A stretch of 50,314 bases of DNA, filler included, from Sphacelaria rigidula (Eukaryota): assembly GCA_964200075.2 (NCBI GenBank). It is 3 parts of 3 records of this genome, joined end to end, with 100 filler letters (N's around TTAATTAATTAA, not from the genome) between each part and the next. Parts side by side here need not be neighbours in the genome. Positions count along the whole stretch, not along the records: positions 1 to 16,705 come from CAXNAA020001270.1; positions 16,806 to 33,510 come from CAXNAA020001271.1; 1 more part is not named here. One strand, written 5' to 3'. Position numbers and translations under genes: made by a program. Shown here in pieces: positions 13,422 to 24,600 of the stretch. Position 1 is the first letter of the stretch. Each line of letters begins with the position of its first letter. The notes beneath the pieces are model-generated. The model was given only the letters and a program-made list of their open reading frames with translations. It had not been told where the DNA came from and made no database searches.

Positions 13422-14510
13422 TTAAGCTAGAATGACAGAGGACAGAAGCACCAACGCATGAAATAGTCAGCGAGGAAAGCGCTCCACCGTGGTGATGCAA
13501 CTGCACGTCATCAGTCCTTAAGTCGCGGGTAAGAGCGCACTGGTCGCTAGTCCAGTACGCTTTTGGCGAGTGATTGTTATGTTTGCATAGAGCGGCACTG
13601 CTATATTACCGCCCCCAACTCGAACCCCCTCGGGAACAGATCAGCCCATACAGAAACACACTGCACAACCAATTCCACACACCGACTGACGCGGCAATGA
13701 CCGTATTTAGTGTTACCGCCTTTACCGATCAACCGGCGGCGCCAAGCGTACCCGGAGGGACGACGTGCCAGACGCCCATCTAGTTTTGTAACGGTTACGA
13801 GTAACTACTGTCGCGCACCCGAGAAGTTGTTCCTGCCGCTGGGCGTGCTATCGGCGTGTTGTATTTATTTCACTTCTAGGTCGTCATAGGGTGGAATCGA
13901 GCGAGAGGTAATAGTGATGGAACGGTTTCCGACAAACATGAGCACGGAGGAGAAGCGTGCTTTGGCCGCACACTCGGGCTGTCATGTAATGCCGCGATAA
14001 CCCCCCGCCCCCCATAAAATGGCTGGTTTGAGGACGCTAAATCTACGTGAAAGCCAAAATGACAGAAGCCGAGCACACCGAGCAGCTAGGAACTCCAATG
14101 CTTCGGATCGTTTTCACCGATCTCGCCCATATCAGGGGCTTAATGAAATCTGAAACCAGCTATTATATCATGCGCTGCATCGCCATTTTCTTCGCAGCAA
14201 TTTTGGGGCTGGTTTGGGCGGGGTGCTACCGCGGCATCACTCTGTCCCGTCCAGGGTGGCGCCGCACGTGATGGTGGTGAAAGGCAGTATGACCACAGAT
14301 GAGGTGCTTGTTATGGACCAAATATTCCCAACGTTCGTCGCTGCTGCGCCTGAGGGGGTGAGGGATTACATGACGATATATGGCAGACACTTGCATGAGA
14401 ACACTTTTTGAATGACTCGCCTTACATGTATTGGCCCATTTGTATTTTCGAGGCTCCTCACCTGACGATCGTAACGCTCATAAAATGGATAACAATCCAT
14501 CTATTTGCAG

Positions 14511-15933
14511 GCGCGTGATTGGCGTGGTGGAAAGCGTCGGCCCCGCCGTGGTGTCCATCACTTCCAGCAGCTCGCCGGGCGGAGTCGGCCCACCGGCCGG
14601 TGCGGGGTCCGGGTTTTTCTTTACGGATGACGGCTATCTCATCACCAATGACCACGTGGCCGCTACTGCCGTGGTCGGTGGCCTGAAGGTGAAAGCAAAT
14701 AAAACCACCCCGCGATAGACGGGGAGAGTGTTTCGGGTCAACTGTTGCCCGAAAATAACCACTTCAAGACGTTGCTTGACGCGGTACATGGCCATTAGGA
14801 TGACCGTTCACCGCGTGTTCAGCGACATGTCGATACCTTACTGATTATTTACCCCCGCGAAAATGAATGTACATGAACGTGTCGTTGTAGCATCACACGC
14901 GTGATTCCCGCAGTCGCACTGGAGGCAACACTTCACCCCCTATTTCGCACTACTGTTGTGAAATGGCGAGAAGCGTCCGTCCAGTTTTTTTCCTTTCCAC
15001 AAACATGCAACTGGCCAAATTTCGGTAGGTTGAATTTACTGTGTGACTGATGCTACAGCAAAAACCCTACCAGCGTATAACCGGCGAGTATGTATGTTTG
15101 GCTTGTTGTATAGTGCGGTACGGTCCGTTCTTTCGGCAGGGCGTGGCATGCGTCTTTTACCGTACCGTCGTACTGTTGGTACCGTCTGTATGATACCCGA
15201 TTATGGCGGGTTCGAGTGAACGTTATGCCACAGGGTTTGAGCCCTTTGTGTGTTCTGGATCTTTTTTTTTGTTTTCCGTGTGCTCGCACGAACACTCCTA
15301 AGAGTTCATCTCCGCGAGTCTGCTGAGAGTCGAGAATCAACTACGACTAGAGTGTGTGCGGATGTATGTATGTATGTATGTATGTATGTATGTATGTATA
15401 CGTGTTTATATGTATATGCAAACAGATTTTTCATGAAATTCTCGTGGGGTTCGAGAGTTTGGTCAAAGACCCGTAAACAACTGAGAGACCGAAGACAGAT
15501 GTTATTGCATACTCGTATCACCTGCGGCCTCCAACTCACTTTCGCGTTCTGCGTTTCTCATGTCCCGGTGTTGTGTGTGCGAGCGTGCGTGCGTGTGTGC
15601 GTGCATGCGTGCGTGTATCGCTCGCCTGTGGTCGCATATGTCCACATTGTAGCCCTACGAGCCTTCCTCCTTTTGTTAATTTTGTCGTTTTTCTGTACTG
15701 TTGGGTGTGTGAAGGAACAGTGGGTTATGATTTGGGTTTTTCGTGTGGTTGTGTGTTTGTGTGTGCGACCCTTACTGTCGGCAGTGCAGGCCAAGCTCAC
15801 AGACGGGCGGGAGTTCGCGGCTTCTATCGTCGGGTCCGATCCCGCCACTGATGTGGCTGTGCTGCGCCTGAATGCGGCGGGACCTTTCCCGGTTGTGCCC
15901 ATGGGTGACTCCTCCAAGCTACGTGTGGGACAG
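14511..15933 (+). CDS. Deg/HtrA (DegP-like, S1C) trypsin-like serine protease, partial (two internal exons)
   Basis: Exon 14511-14688 reads RVIGVVESVGPAVVSI...GAGSGFFFTDDGYLITNDHV...LK and holds the catalytic His. Exon 15790-15933 reads AKLTDGREFAASIVGSDPATDVAVLRL...MGDSSKLRVGQ and holds the catalytic Asp. A phase-0 GT-AG intron joins them. A candidate upstream exon ends at 14332. The GNSGG (catalytic Ser) exon was not found before or after the gap at 16706. Confidence 0.85.
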
Positions 15934-16705
15934 GTTAGTCACGTATTGAAATACATATCGTCGTACAAACGGAATTGTGTGAATACCAAAACTCAACTGT
16001 CTCGAAAAAGCAAAAAAAAAAAAGAAGTAATTATAAAGAACGTCAGGTCGTGCACTTTTCCCTCGAGAGGCTCTTATGACAGTCAGGTCGTACAAGTCCT
16101 CGTGATCATACCTTGATCTTCACATGCACGGAAGTTGCCCGGATAAGAGTGAGTGCCCAAAACCCTCTCAGGCGTGTACCCATATAAAAACCGTTTCCTT
16201 CATATCCTCTTCTTTTTCATGTGTATATATATATTACATGATGGCCATAAAAGGGACATACACGACCCTGCATTTGCACGAGCTTAATTTTGGTGAGGAA
16301 GCTTCAAGGGTCGACCTTTGTGGCTGAAGGTGGGCTCTATGGGGAAAATCCGTGCATTGCTGACTGGAGCTGGTCCATAGACAGATGTCGAAACCACGTA
16401 TTCCCAACGGACCGGGAGTCGCGGCGTTACTTTGTGTAACACTCGAGTAGGGGACCGAACTACACTGATCACGACCAGGAGGGTGTTACCTCCTGTGTTA
16501 TACATTTTCCTACCCACAACACAACAATGAAACCTCAAAGGCGACATGTTTTTCAATGGGGTCAGAATCGGCTTTCCCGTGGGTAGCCCTTGAAGCTTTC
16601 AAAAACGATTGAGCCCGAAAATTTCATCGTCACGACGGGGGGGGCGTACTCATTTGTTGCTTGCCTTAGTCGTGTGACCATTGACCACGCATGCCTTTCG
16701 AGACG

Positions 16706-16805
16706 NNNNNNNNNNNNNNNNNNNNNNNNNNNNNNNNNNNNNNNNNNNNTTAATTAATTAANNNNNNNNNNNNNNNNNNNNNNNNNNNNNNNNNNNNNNN
16801 NNNNN
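16706..16805. other. Assembly gap spacer (N44-TTAATTAATTAA-N44)
   Basis: A 100-nt spacer whose 12-mer places stop codons in all six frames. It is identical to the spacer at 33511-33610. Confidence 0.95.
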
Positions 16806-16812
16806 TGCCTTT

Positions 16813-17007
16813 ATTTTTTATCGCGAGAGGTGTTCAGCAGTCCCTTCCCTCGTCGACCGTCAAGTCGAAATTTGTGTACCCACGACATCATCGCTCTCCA
16901 CTGTTGGGCATGGTGCGAGAAAAGATCCAAGATCGCTCCGGGAATCGAACCCCACTACTCAACCGTCAGAAGATTACGAGGTTACCAACTGAGCCACCGG
17001 GACGACC
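16813..17007 (-). mobile_element. tRNA-derived SINE
   Basis: The minus strand begins GGTCGTCCCGGTGGCTCAGTTGGTAA with an A box (TGGCTCAGTTGG, 16996-16985) and a B box (GGTTCGATTCC, 16951-16941). About 130 nt of non-tRNA body and an A-rich tail follow. There is no complete cloverleaf. Confidence 0.7.
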
Positions 17008-18373
17008 CCAGTGTGACTCTATGATGAGAAGAAACATCTTCAGAAACTCTCTTTATTTATCGTTTTATCACTGTATGTCGAGCTGAGAATCAGTGCGTAT
17101 CGAGTTGGGAAATTATTACACGATGTACATTGCACTGTCTCAAAGACGTTAATGACTGAAATGTGCTTTTTGGTAGTCCAAACGCCATTCTGTAACTGAA
17201 TAAGATACATGATGCACTGAGGCTGAGACATTCCCCTTTCTTTGTCTACGGAAGATCGAGAGCGAATGGCAGACAACACCACCGTAGATATTATACTATT
17301 CGCCATTGCCACATGAGCAACAGAATGCACACAACATACACAACTAAACTGCCTCTCTCTACAGTACCCAGCCAGGCTGGTACACTGATTCTTCCTAGAG
17401 TACGTCCGAATATAATACCTGACTAACTTTACGTATTTATTCCCCGTTTTTTGTCTCTTTCCCTTGCTCCTGTTCCAGCAAGTGCTTCGTGCTTGTTTCC
17501 TTTTTTCGACCACATTTCTGAACATATACCGGACATGAGGACGAGTATAAGATGGTCGATTGAGATAAAACTGGGACGCAGCAGGGATAGTGGCACTAGA
17601 CGGGAAAGGATGCTCATTAAATCCTTGTGATGGTATCTGCTTTAATAGTATAAGGGTGGGACTCTTCGTTTTGAGGAAAACATTCAACATTCACTATTCT
17701 GTACAGAACATTTTGTGATTTTCGACCATGGGTCTGAGTAGTGTACGAAAATATACGGTATATATTTTGAGAACAAACCTCCCGCGTTTTTCGTTTGAAA
17801 CGCAACATCACACATGTGTGAGGCCTATCCGACCTCCTCAGGCCGGTTTGACCTGGCCCACACAGTCCCACATGCCAAGTCAGTTACATTTACACACCTT
17901 GTTCGGACTGTTGAGTACTCTACAAAAGCCGCCGGATCGTGGAGAACTGCCAGGAATCTGGTGAGTGAACCTGAAAGCAGCGTTGGAGGAGACATCCCGC
18001 GTATTCTTCGTTCCTCCTCCATGGCACCTCTCTGTACTGTACGGTAAGGTACAGGACAGTCCAACGTTCCATAGATAGCAGTATAGCACAGAGCAGTGCC
18101 CTGGGAGGTCAAGCCCGCTATGCGAAACAAAATAGCCTACATACTAAGTAAACCAAGCATACGTGCTCTGTGTGTTGGCAATTTTCTGCTCTGCAAATGT
18201 TATCCTCAGTGGAATACGCGGTTTCGGCACCAGAAGCTGGGTGATTCCAAGCGGTTGAACTCACAGGAGGTCAGTAGTGCACAGCAGGTACTGTCAATAA
18301 TATGTGCTGTCTGCGAGTACTGCAATAATACGCTTCAATAATACTGTAATACTACTTCAGTCTGTAGTACGGT

Positions 18374-18818
18374 TCATCTGTCGGCCTGAACGTGGGAATT
18401 TCTGCTGTCGTGTCTACACGTATGGGCACACATGGTGCACTTCGGCGTAGTGTATTGTAGCGTTCGCGATCGAACGCTCGCAATTGTTGCTCTGAAGTGC
18501 GATGAAGAAAGTTGGCATTGCATGGCCAATTCGATTTCAGCCATGGTAACTTGAATCCTGAGGAGTTGTTGGCGACTGCTCACCTGCTGGTAGAGGAAGA
18601 GGTGCGATAATTGGCAATTCCATGTACAGGCAGTAGGCCCAACACCTTACCTTACGCACGATAGACAGAACAGTTCGAAATACCGGACGTAGCGTCTTCT
18701 CAAACGGATCGCTGTCAACCGCCGGAACGAGACTTTCGTCATCCTTTCGGCTATCTGGGCCGAGCAAGCGCGACATATATGACGGATACTGGATCTTGAA
18801 TTGGCGTTGCCGATTTTG
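18374..18818 (-). CDS. Possible exons of an unidentified minus-strand gene or pseudogene
   Basis: 18818-18651 is a stop-free 56-codon segment (QNRQRQFKIQYPSYMSRLLGPD...LSIVRK) between TAG and AAG|GTAAGG. After a 67-nt GT-AG intron, an in-frame segment starts at 18583. I recognise no protein family. Confidence 0.25.
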
Positions 18819-21641
18819 CTACCTGTATAGCTTCGCCAAACCGGCATAAAATACAGCCAGTTTGGTCGATATTCACGCTCGCGAGTTTAAGTCACACGAC
18901 CACCGACCACCGCTCATGCGCAGTAAACTCTATGTTGCAGTCCTCAAAGAACGGTGGTGTTTGAAATGCGCACTTCTCGGTTGCAGTGCTACAAGTGCTC
19001 AAAGAACTGTAGCATCTGTGAAGGAATATTGTATCCAATTTGTGAGAAGTAAACACCGCAATGTCTCCAGTGGTTCATGCTTGGAGAGGGTACAACGGGA
19101 AAAAAATAGGGGGGCGTTAATCCTAGCAAGGATGGCAGTCAAGTGGCCTTTACGGGCGTTGCGCTTGTGAAGGCAAGTACGACACTACGGCGGTCTCTTC
19201 TTGTATGTTGCCGCCGTATGCGGACGTGGCTGACCATGTCGATAGCTTGGAGGGATCAACCATGAAGTGCTGTATAAGTGAAGTCTCATCCCATGCTCAA
19301 AACACGAAAATGGCCTGGACCGGGGCCTGTTCTCAAAGAAATGTTCGCTAGAGTGCCACTCATACTACTTACTTTTGGTATGTAGCTGAGATCATTGTTG
19401 GTCATAAATGGTTTCTCGGGATAGACCGGTTATACTGGTTAGACTAGCAGCGCAAACAGAGGTCGCCGTTAGTTTCGTGCCACGGCCGATGCCCTGTGCC
19501 GCACGGTAGTCGTGCTGTCGGTGCACAATATTCGGTTTTAATGACAAAAAATATATAAAATCACGAGGTACGTATGAGGAAATCGTGAGCAAGAGCATCA
19601 AAGACAAGGTATGTGTTGTCTTTGCTGCTGACGCCCCCACGTTGTCAACGACAGAAATGAGATATTTGTCAGAATGGACCTCGAACTCATATTCGCCAGG
19701 ATTTTAACCCGCTATCTTCCCACTATTAATACAGTGGTGGTTTGACTTGCACCAGTACCACGTAGACCACCGAGGCACCACCCAGCACCATATCGCGCCC
19801 ACCACTGTGATCTTCTTGCTGAGGTTCTTTCGCCGTGGCGATTAGCAGTCATCCGTCCTAGGTCCAAACCGTTGGACGATATCTCTCCGCAACCTCTCGT
19901 TAGCCATTGCCGTCGCGTTGTCGACGCATGTATTATCACATTCGGAGCAATGAGTAAAGTTGTACTTGAAGATGACATCATCCCGCGCGTGCTTCATGCA
20001 GTTTCTGTCGGTTGTGTTCAAGTTGTCGGATGGTCGACCGCTGAATGTAGTATATTACCATACTTTGATCCTGAGTAGCACAGAGCGAAAATGTTCTCGT
20101 TTATGATCAACATGATGTGGAGTCGATGGTATCATGAATTGATATGCAAGGCCTTAATAAACGGACTTGGAATAAGATGGACTGCAATCCCCTTGTAGTC
20201 AACGCAGCGAGAGTGGGCACCTATTGTCACTTGCTGAAACTTGATTGACCGACAACATGGTGATATTTACGTACCTACGAAGAAACGAGACGACGCATAC
20301 TTCACTGCCTCCTATGTTGTGTTTCCTGTGCAAAAGCATGGAGCTGATTGAAACAGGTCCAATCTCAGGCACCTGCACCTTCAGAAACGCCGTCAGTTGT
20401 ACCTGCAAAACCGATCCGTGCGTAACGTTTCTCAAACCGAACTTGATATGACGCACGCAGGAACATCAAGTCGCCTTGAATAACGTACGTGGAATGAAAT
20501 GTCATGGAGCACTCGTTTCCTTCCCTGTTTTTCCCGCAGAGTATTGAATGTTCAATGGCGATCATGTGCTTGTAGAGTTGTGTGTGTCCGTTGGGGTAGT
20601 TGATACGGAGAAACCACACGTGGCAGAGTGCTTGCGCTCGTATTCATGTTCGCTCCCATATTCGCACAGAACACCACATTGCGCAACACGCACAGGTGTG
20701 AGTGACAACAACACAGTGCGCTATGCTGAATAACCCAGAGGTGGACATGCAGGAGTATTACTTGCTGCGTGCTGGTGGTCGTGGCTCCATGCTCCACAAA
20801 AGTACAATACGAGCTGGGCCAGCCGACAGTGATTTTTGAATGAAGAGTGGAGATGTCATTGGTGATTCGAAGAGTTAGGCGCTGACATTCTGACGCGACA
20901 TTTGTATCATCAACGCGCGCAACCCTGGAAGTGATGCAAAGAAGAAAAAACAGGAAGTTGGAGCGACTTGAAGTTTCAGTACCAACAGGGAAAATGCTAT
21001 ATCTTCCTTAAAAATTCCACAACGACGACAACGCTCCAACACATACGGGCCCTCGCGTCAACAACATCCTGATAATTTTCGGCCAAAAATACCTCAAATG
21101 GGGCTTTGCGTCGCACTTTTCGTGTGACACGGCCGCACCCCTTTAATCCAAGTGATACAAAAGACTCCAGTTATGGAGATCATGAGTTCGAATCCCGACA
21201 GATTCTCTTTTTTTCGCCCATCGTTAAGGTCATATATTATGTAGTGGATTTTTCCCTTCTTATTTTTCTTCATTCAGCGACAGTGCTGTGTTTTATCAGG
21301 TTGGTCTGCAGTTCATAGCGATATCCTCAAGTCGCGCTGATTTGGGAAACTTGAGAAGTTGTGATGTGGAAAGCGGATGTGGGATTTACTGCTGACCCAG
21401 CTCGTACTCAATTTACGCTTACCAGCACGTACGGTAAACGGACAAGGAAGGAAATGAGCGAGAAATACAAGCTGCCGGCCTTGAAAGCTCCGCGCTTGGA
21501 GTGGTGGTTGTGCGGTGGTGCTGCGATGTGAGCAAGTGTATCATATCCCCTGCTCCGCCTCCGAAACAATCTCGAAACAATCTGACTTAGTTCCCCAGGG
21601 TCCGTGCCCACAGGTGTTCTGGTGGCGTGTGAACTAAAAGT

Positions 21642-24600
21642 ATGGTGAAGAAGGTGGGAAAGTATGAAATCGGGAAGACCATCGGAGAAGGCACCTTTGG
21701 CAAGGTAAAACTTGCCGTCAACATCGAGACGGGCGAGAAGATGGCAATCAAGGTGCGTGGTTGATAATCACAGACCATACTGTTGTGCCCTCTCTGCGGT
21801 ATGGCACCCGTTGAGTGCGACGACAACTTCGCTCTGTGATCAGCTCGTTGTCTGTAGTTGCTCTTGGATCGCGATATTCAGGTGTTGCCGACTCAGCAGG
21901 AAGCGAATGGCCTTGATGGACGAGCATAGTTAGTGTCCGTGGCATGCAAACGCGTTCGTTGCAAACTCTCTCGTGCCAAGAACTTATTCGCTGGAGCGTG
22001 TTTGTAGAAATGTTGTTTTGCGTTTCTGCCTCTTCCTGTCTCTGGTTGCTCTTGTTCCTTGTTCCTTGTTCCTTGATCCCTCATGTGTTCATGTACGGTA
22101 CCATGCGTGTTTTGTCGCTTGTTAGGTCCTGGATAAGTCAATTATTCAACGGCAGAACATGGGTGCCCAGGTGAAGCGGGAGATATCGATCATGAAACTC
22201 GTGCGGCACCCTTACGTGGTGCAGTTGAGGGAGGTGCTTGCTTCATCTTCCAAAATATTCCTCGTGTGTGAGTTGATAACAGGGGGCGAACTCTTCGACA
22301 AGATTGTGGAGAAGCAGGTGAGCAACAAGCACACTTTCGTTATTCACAGCGTCCTGAGGTTTGAGGCGATCAGAAGGAGGTGTTATGCCAGGAGATCTTG
22401 TGCTTGAGCAAAACAGAAGTATATACTGGAGCGGGTATGGATGGTAATACTTGACGCAACGACCGCGTTATTCACCAGTGTAGTGTATCAATCTATGCTA
22501 TCACTTCATCAATTGCACCGTTGTACAAAAACACATGGGAGTTGCGGCACAAACCTGGTGAACACGTGCAGCGCTTTTCGGAAGAAGAGGCGCGCTTCTA
22601 TTTCAGACAGCTTCTTGAGGGCATGGAGTATTGCCACTCCCAAGGAGTGTGTCATCGAGACCTCAAGCCGGAGAATATTCTGCTGGACGGTGCCGGGAAT
22701 GTGAAGATATCAGATTTCGGATTGTCCAACCTGTACAGTGGTGGAGACGACGAGGCGCTCAAGCTCCTACACACGACCTGTGGCACACCCAACTACGTGG
22801 CTCCCGAGGTATTCAGTCGCTCATAGCACTCTCACAACATCTCTCACTTGATTTTTTTACACCGATACACGAGGTCTTGTGGTCTTGTGTTCTGTGGTCT
22901 GGTTTGCACTGTGGATATTGACCGTGCAATGTATTGAGTACGATGTCATGAACACCAGTGGCTGCATGTCTCAACCATTTTTGTTGAGTAACATGTGGGG
23001 GTATTTGGGCAGTCGGTGATAGTTCCATGTATGCGCATCTTGCCGTGCGCGTGGATACTAGAAGTAGAAAGGCTGTCGATTACAATCGATCGGTGTGCCG
23101 CTCGATCGATGTCCACACGCACCGCTGGTAGTGTGTTTGGCCATACCTCAACTGTCCACTTCGTGGAAGCGCCATCCGTCTGCTCTCATCTTCGCCGAAC
23201 GCGCATTGCCATTCACGTTAGATCCTGTGTCTCAAAATTAGGACCTTGAATCTTGAATCTTGGACACCCTACATAGGTTTTGGCCGACAAAGGCTACGAT
23301 GGACGCATGGCGGACGTCTGGTCCATGGGTGTGATCCTTTACGTGCTCCTGGCAGGGTTTCTTCCCTTCGACGAACCCTCCATGTCCACCCTCTTCAGCA
23401 AAATTCAGGCTGCAGAGTTTTCGTATCCAAGGTATGCATGCAGGTTCACCAGCGTTGTGCTTGTCTCTACGGATGTATTTTTTAAATATGTTTCGAGTAG
23501 GGTAGGGTACCAAGTAGGGTACTGTGTATTGGGGTGTCGATATCACCCTGGGTATCTGTCAATACCGTGCGTGCGTGTATTTTCGGTAGTCTATACTCGA
23601 CGTACCCTGGAGTAGTGTAGTACACTAGTGCCTGCTGTACATATAGCATGATACTCTCACTGAAATTACAGGTTTCTCGATACCCCATAGTGCTGGGTAC
23701 ATGCCCTACCCTCAGCACCTTGGGTATTTCCGGAGCACATGAAAGGTGATCCTGCAAAACAACATTGGCTCTCCACCGAAGCTTTTGCCCCGCCCAGTTT
23801 TCGAGCCATCATCTGAATGAAAGAACACGGACAAGTTGGCTTCCACGATACGGACGACCGTGCAGCATCACGGTTTTGAGATCGTCCTCTGGGATGATGA
23901 TGTTTTGGTTTTTAATATTGTTGTGCACCATTGGCCGTTTTTTATTGCCATGTACCAGTAGAGTATATTGAGTATTTGATATTGCATATTACATATTACA
24001 TGAGTCAGGCCCAGAAGACGACAAAAAACGTAACGTAGCACGCCTGTAGCACCATGGGAATCAACGATGTGTACCCAACGTGTACCCATTTACGCCAGTT
24101 ATAACTCAAAAAGTGGCAAAGCAGATAGAGCGAAAGCTTGGTGTCGGGAAGCCTTCCAATATTACTAATACTAATATTAACGCAAGTATGAAACGGGGCA
24201 TATCCAATGGGGTCTCGTCATTGGCGACTTGGAACGAGTTCGACGCCTTAACAGACTTATAAACCCTTGTACAACAGTGCCTTGACAAGCCGTGCTCGAA
24301 ACTTGGTCACAGTTGGTGTGTTTCATCTTTTGTGGGGTACAATACAGTGGTACACCAAATAATTAACGATGCAGACAATGCCCACCCCCTATTCGTCCTG
24401 TTTTCACCGCGATAGTAAATATGGGTGATATTTTGGGGAAAATATCGCTGCACGACTCGGGACGCGCCGTTTTGTCACCTAATCCCCAGCGCCAAGTCGA
24501 TGAGTTGGATGCTATTCGTACCTTTTGTAAGTGGCGATATAAGTTGTGGTGAAGGATTGTTGTGCTGCTCGGTGGGACCTGCTCGTATCGCTATTTGCTG

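Noticed and set aside
15250..16116. 288-aa ORF as a membrane-anchored protease
   Set aside because: The N-terminal part is (TATG)n and (GT/GC)n microsatellite intron sequence. Only 15790-15933 is an exon.
16750..16761. TTAATTAATTAA palindrome (also 33555-33566) as a biological motif
   Set aside because: It sits at the exact centre of two identical N-runs and is an artificial all-frame-stop scaffolding linker. Adjacency across the gaps is not guaranteed.
16930..17007. tRNA gene
   Set aside because: A and B boxes are present, but the acceptor and anticodon stems do not close and a long body with an A-rich tail follows, which fits a SINE.
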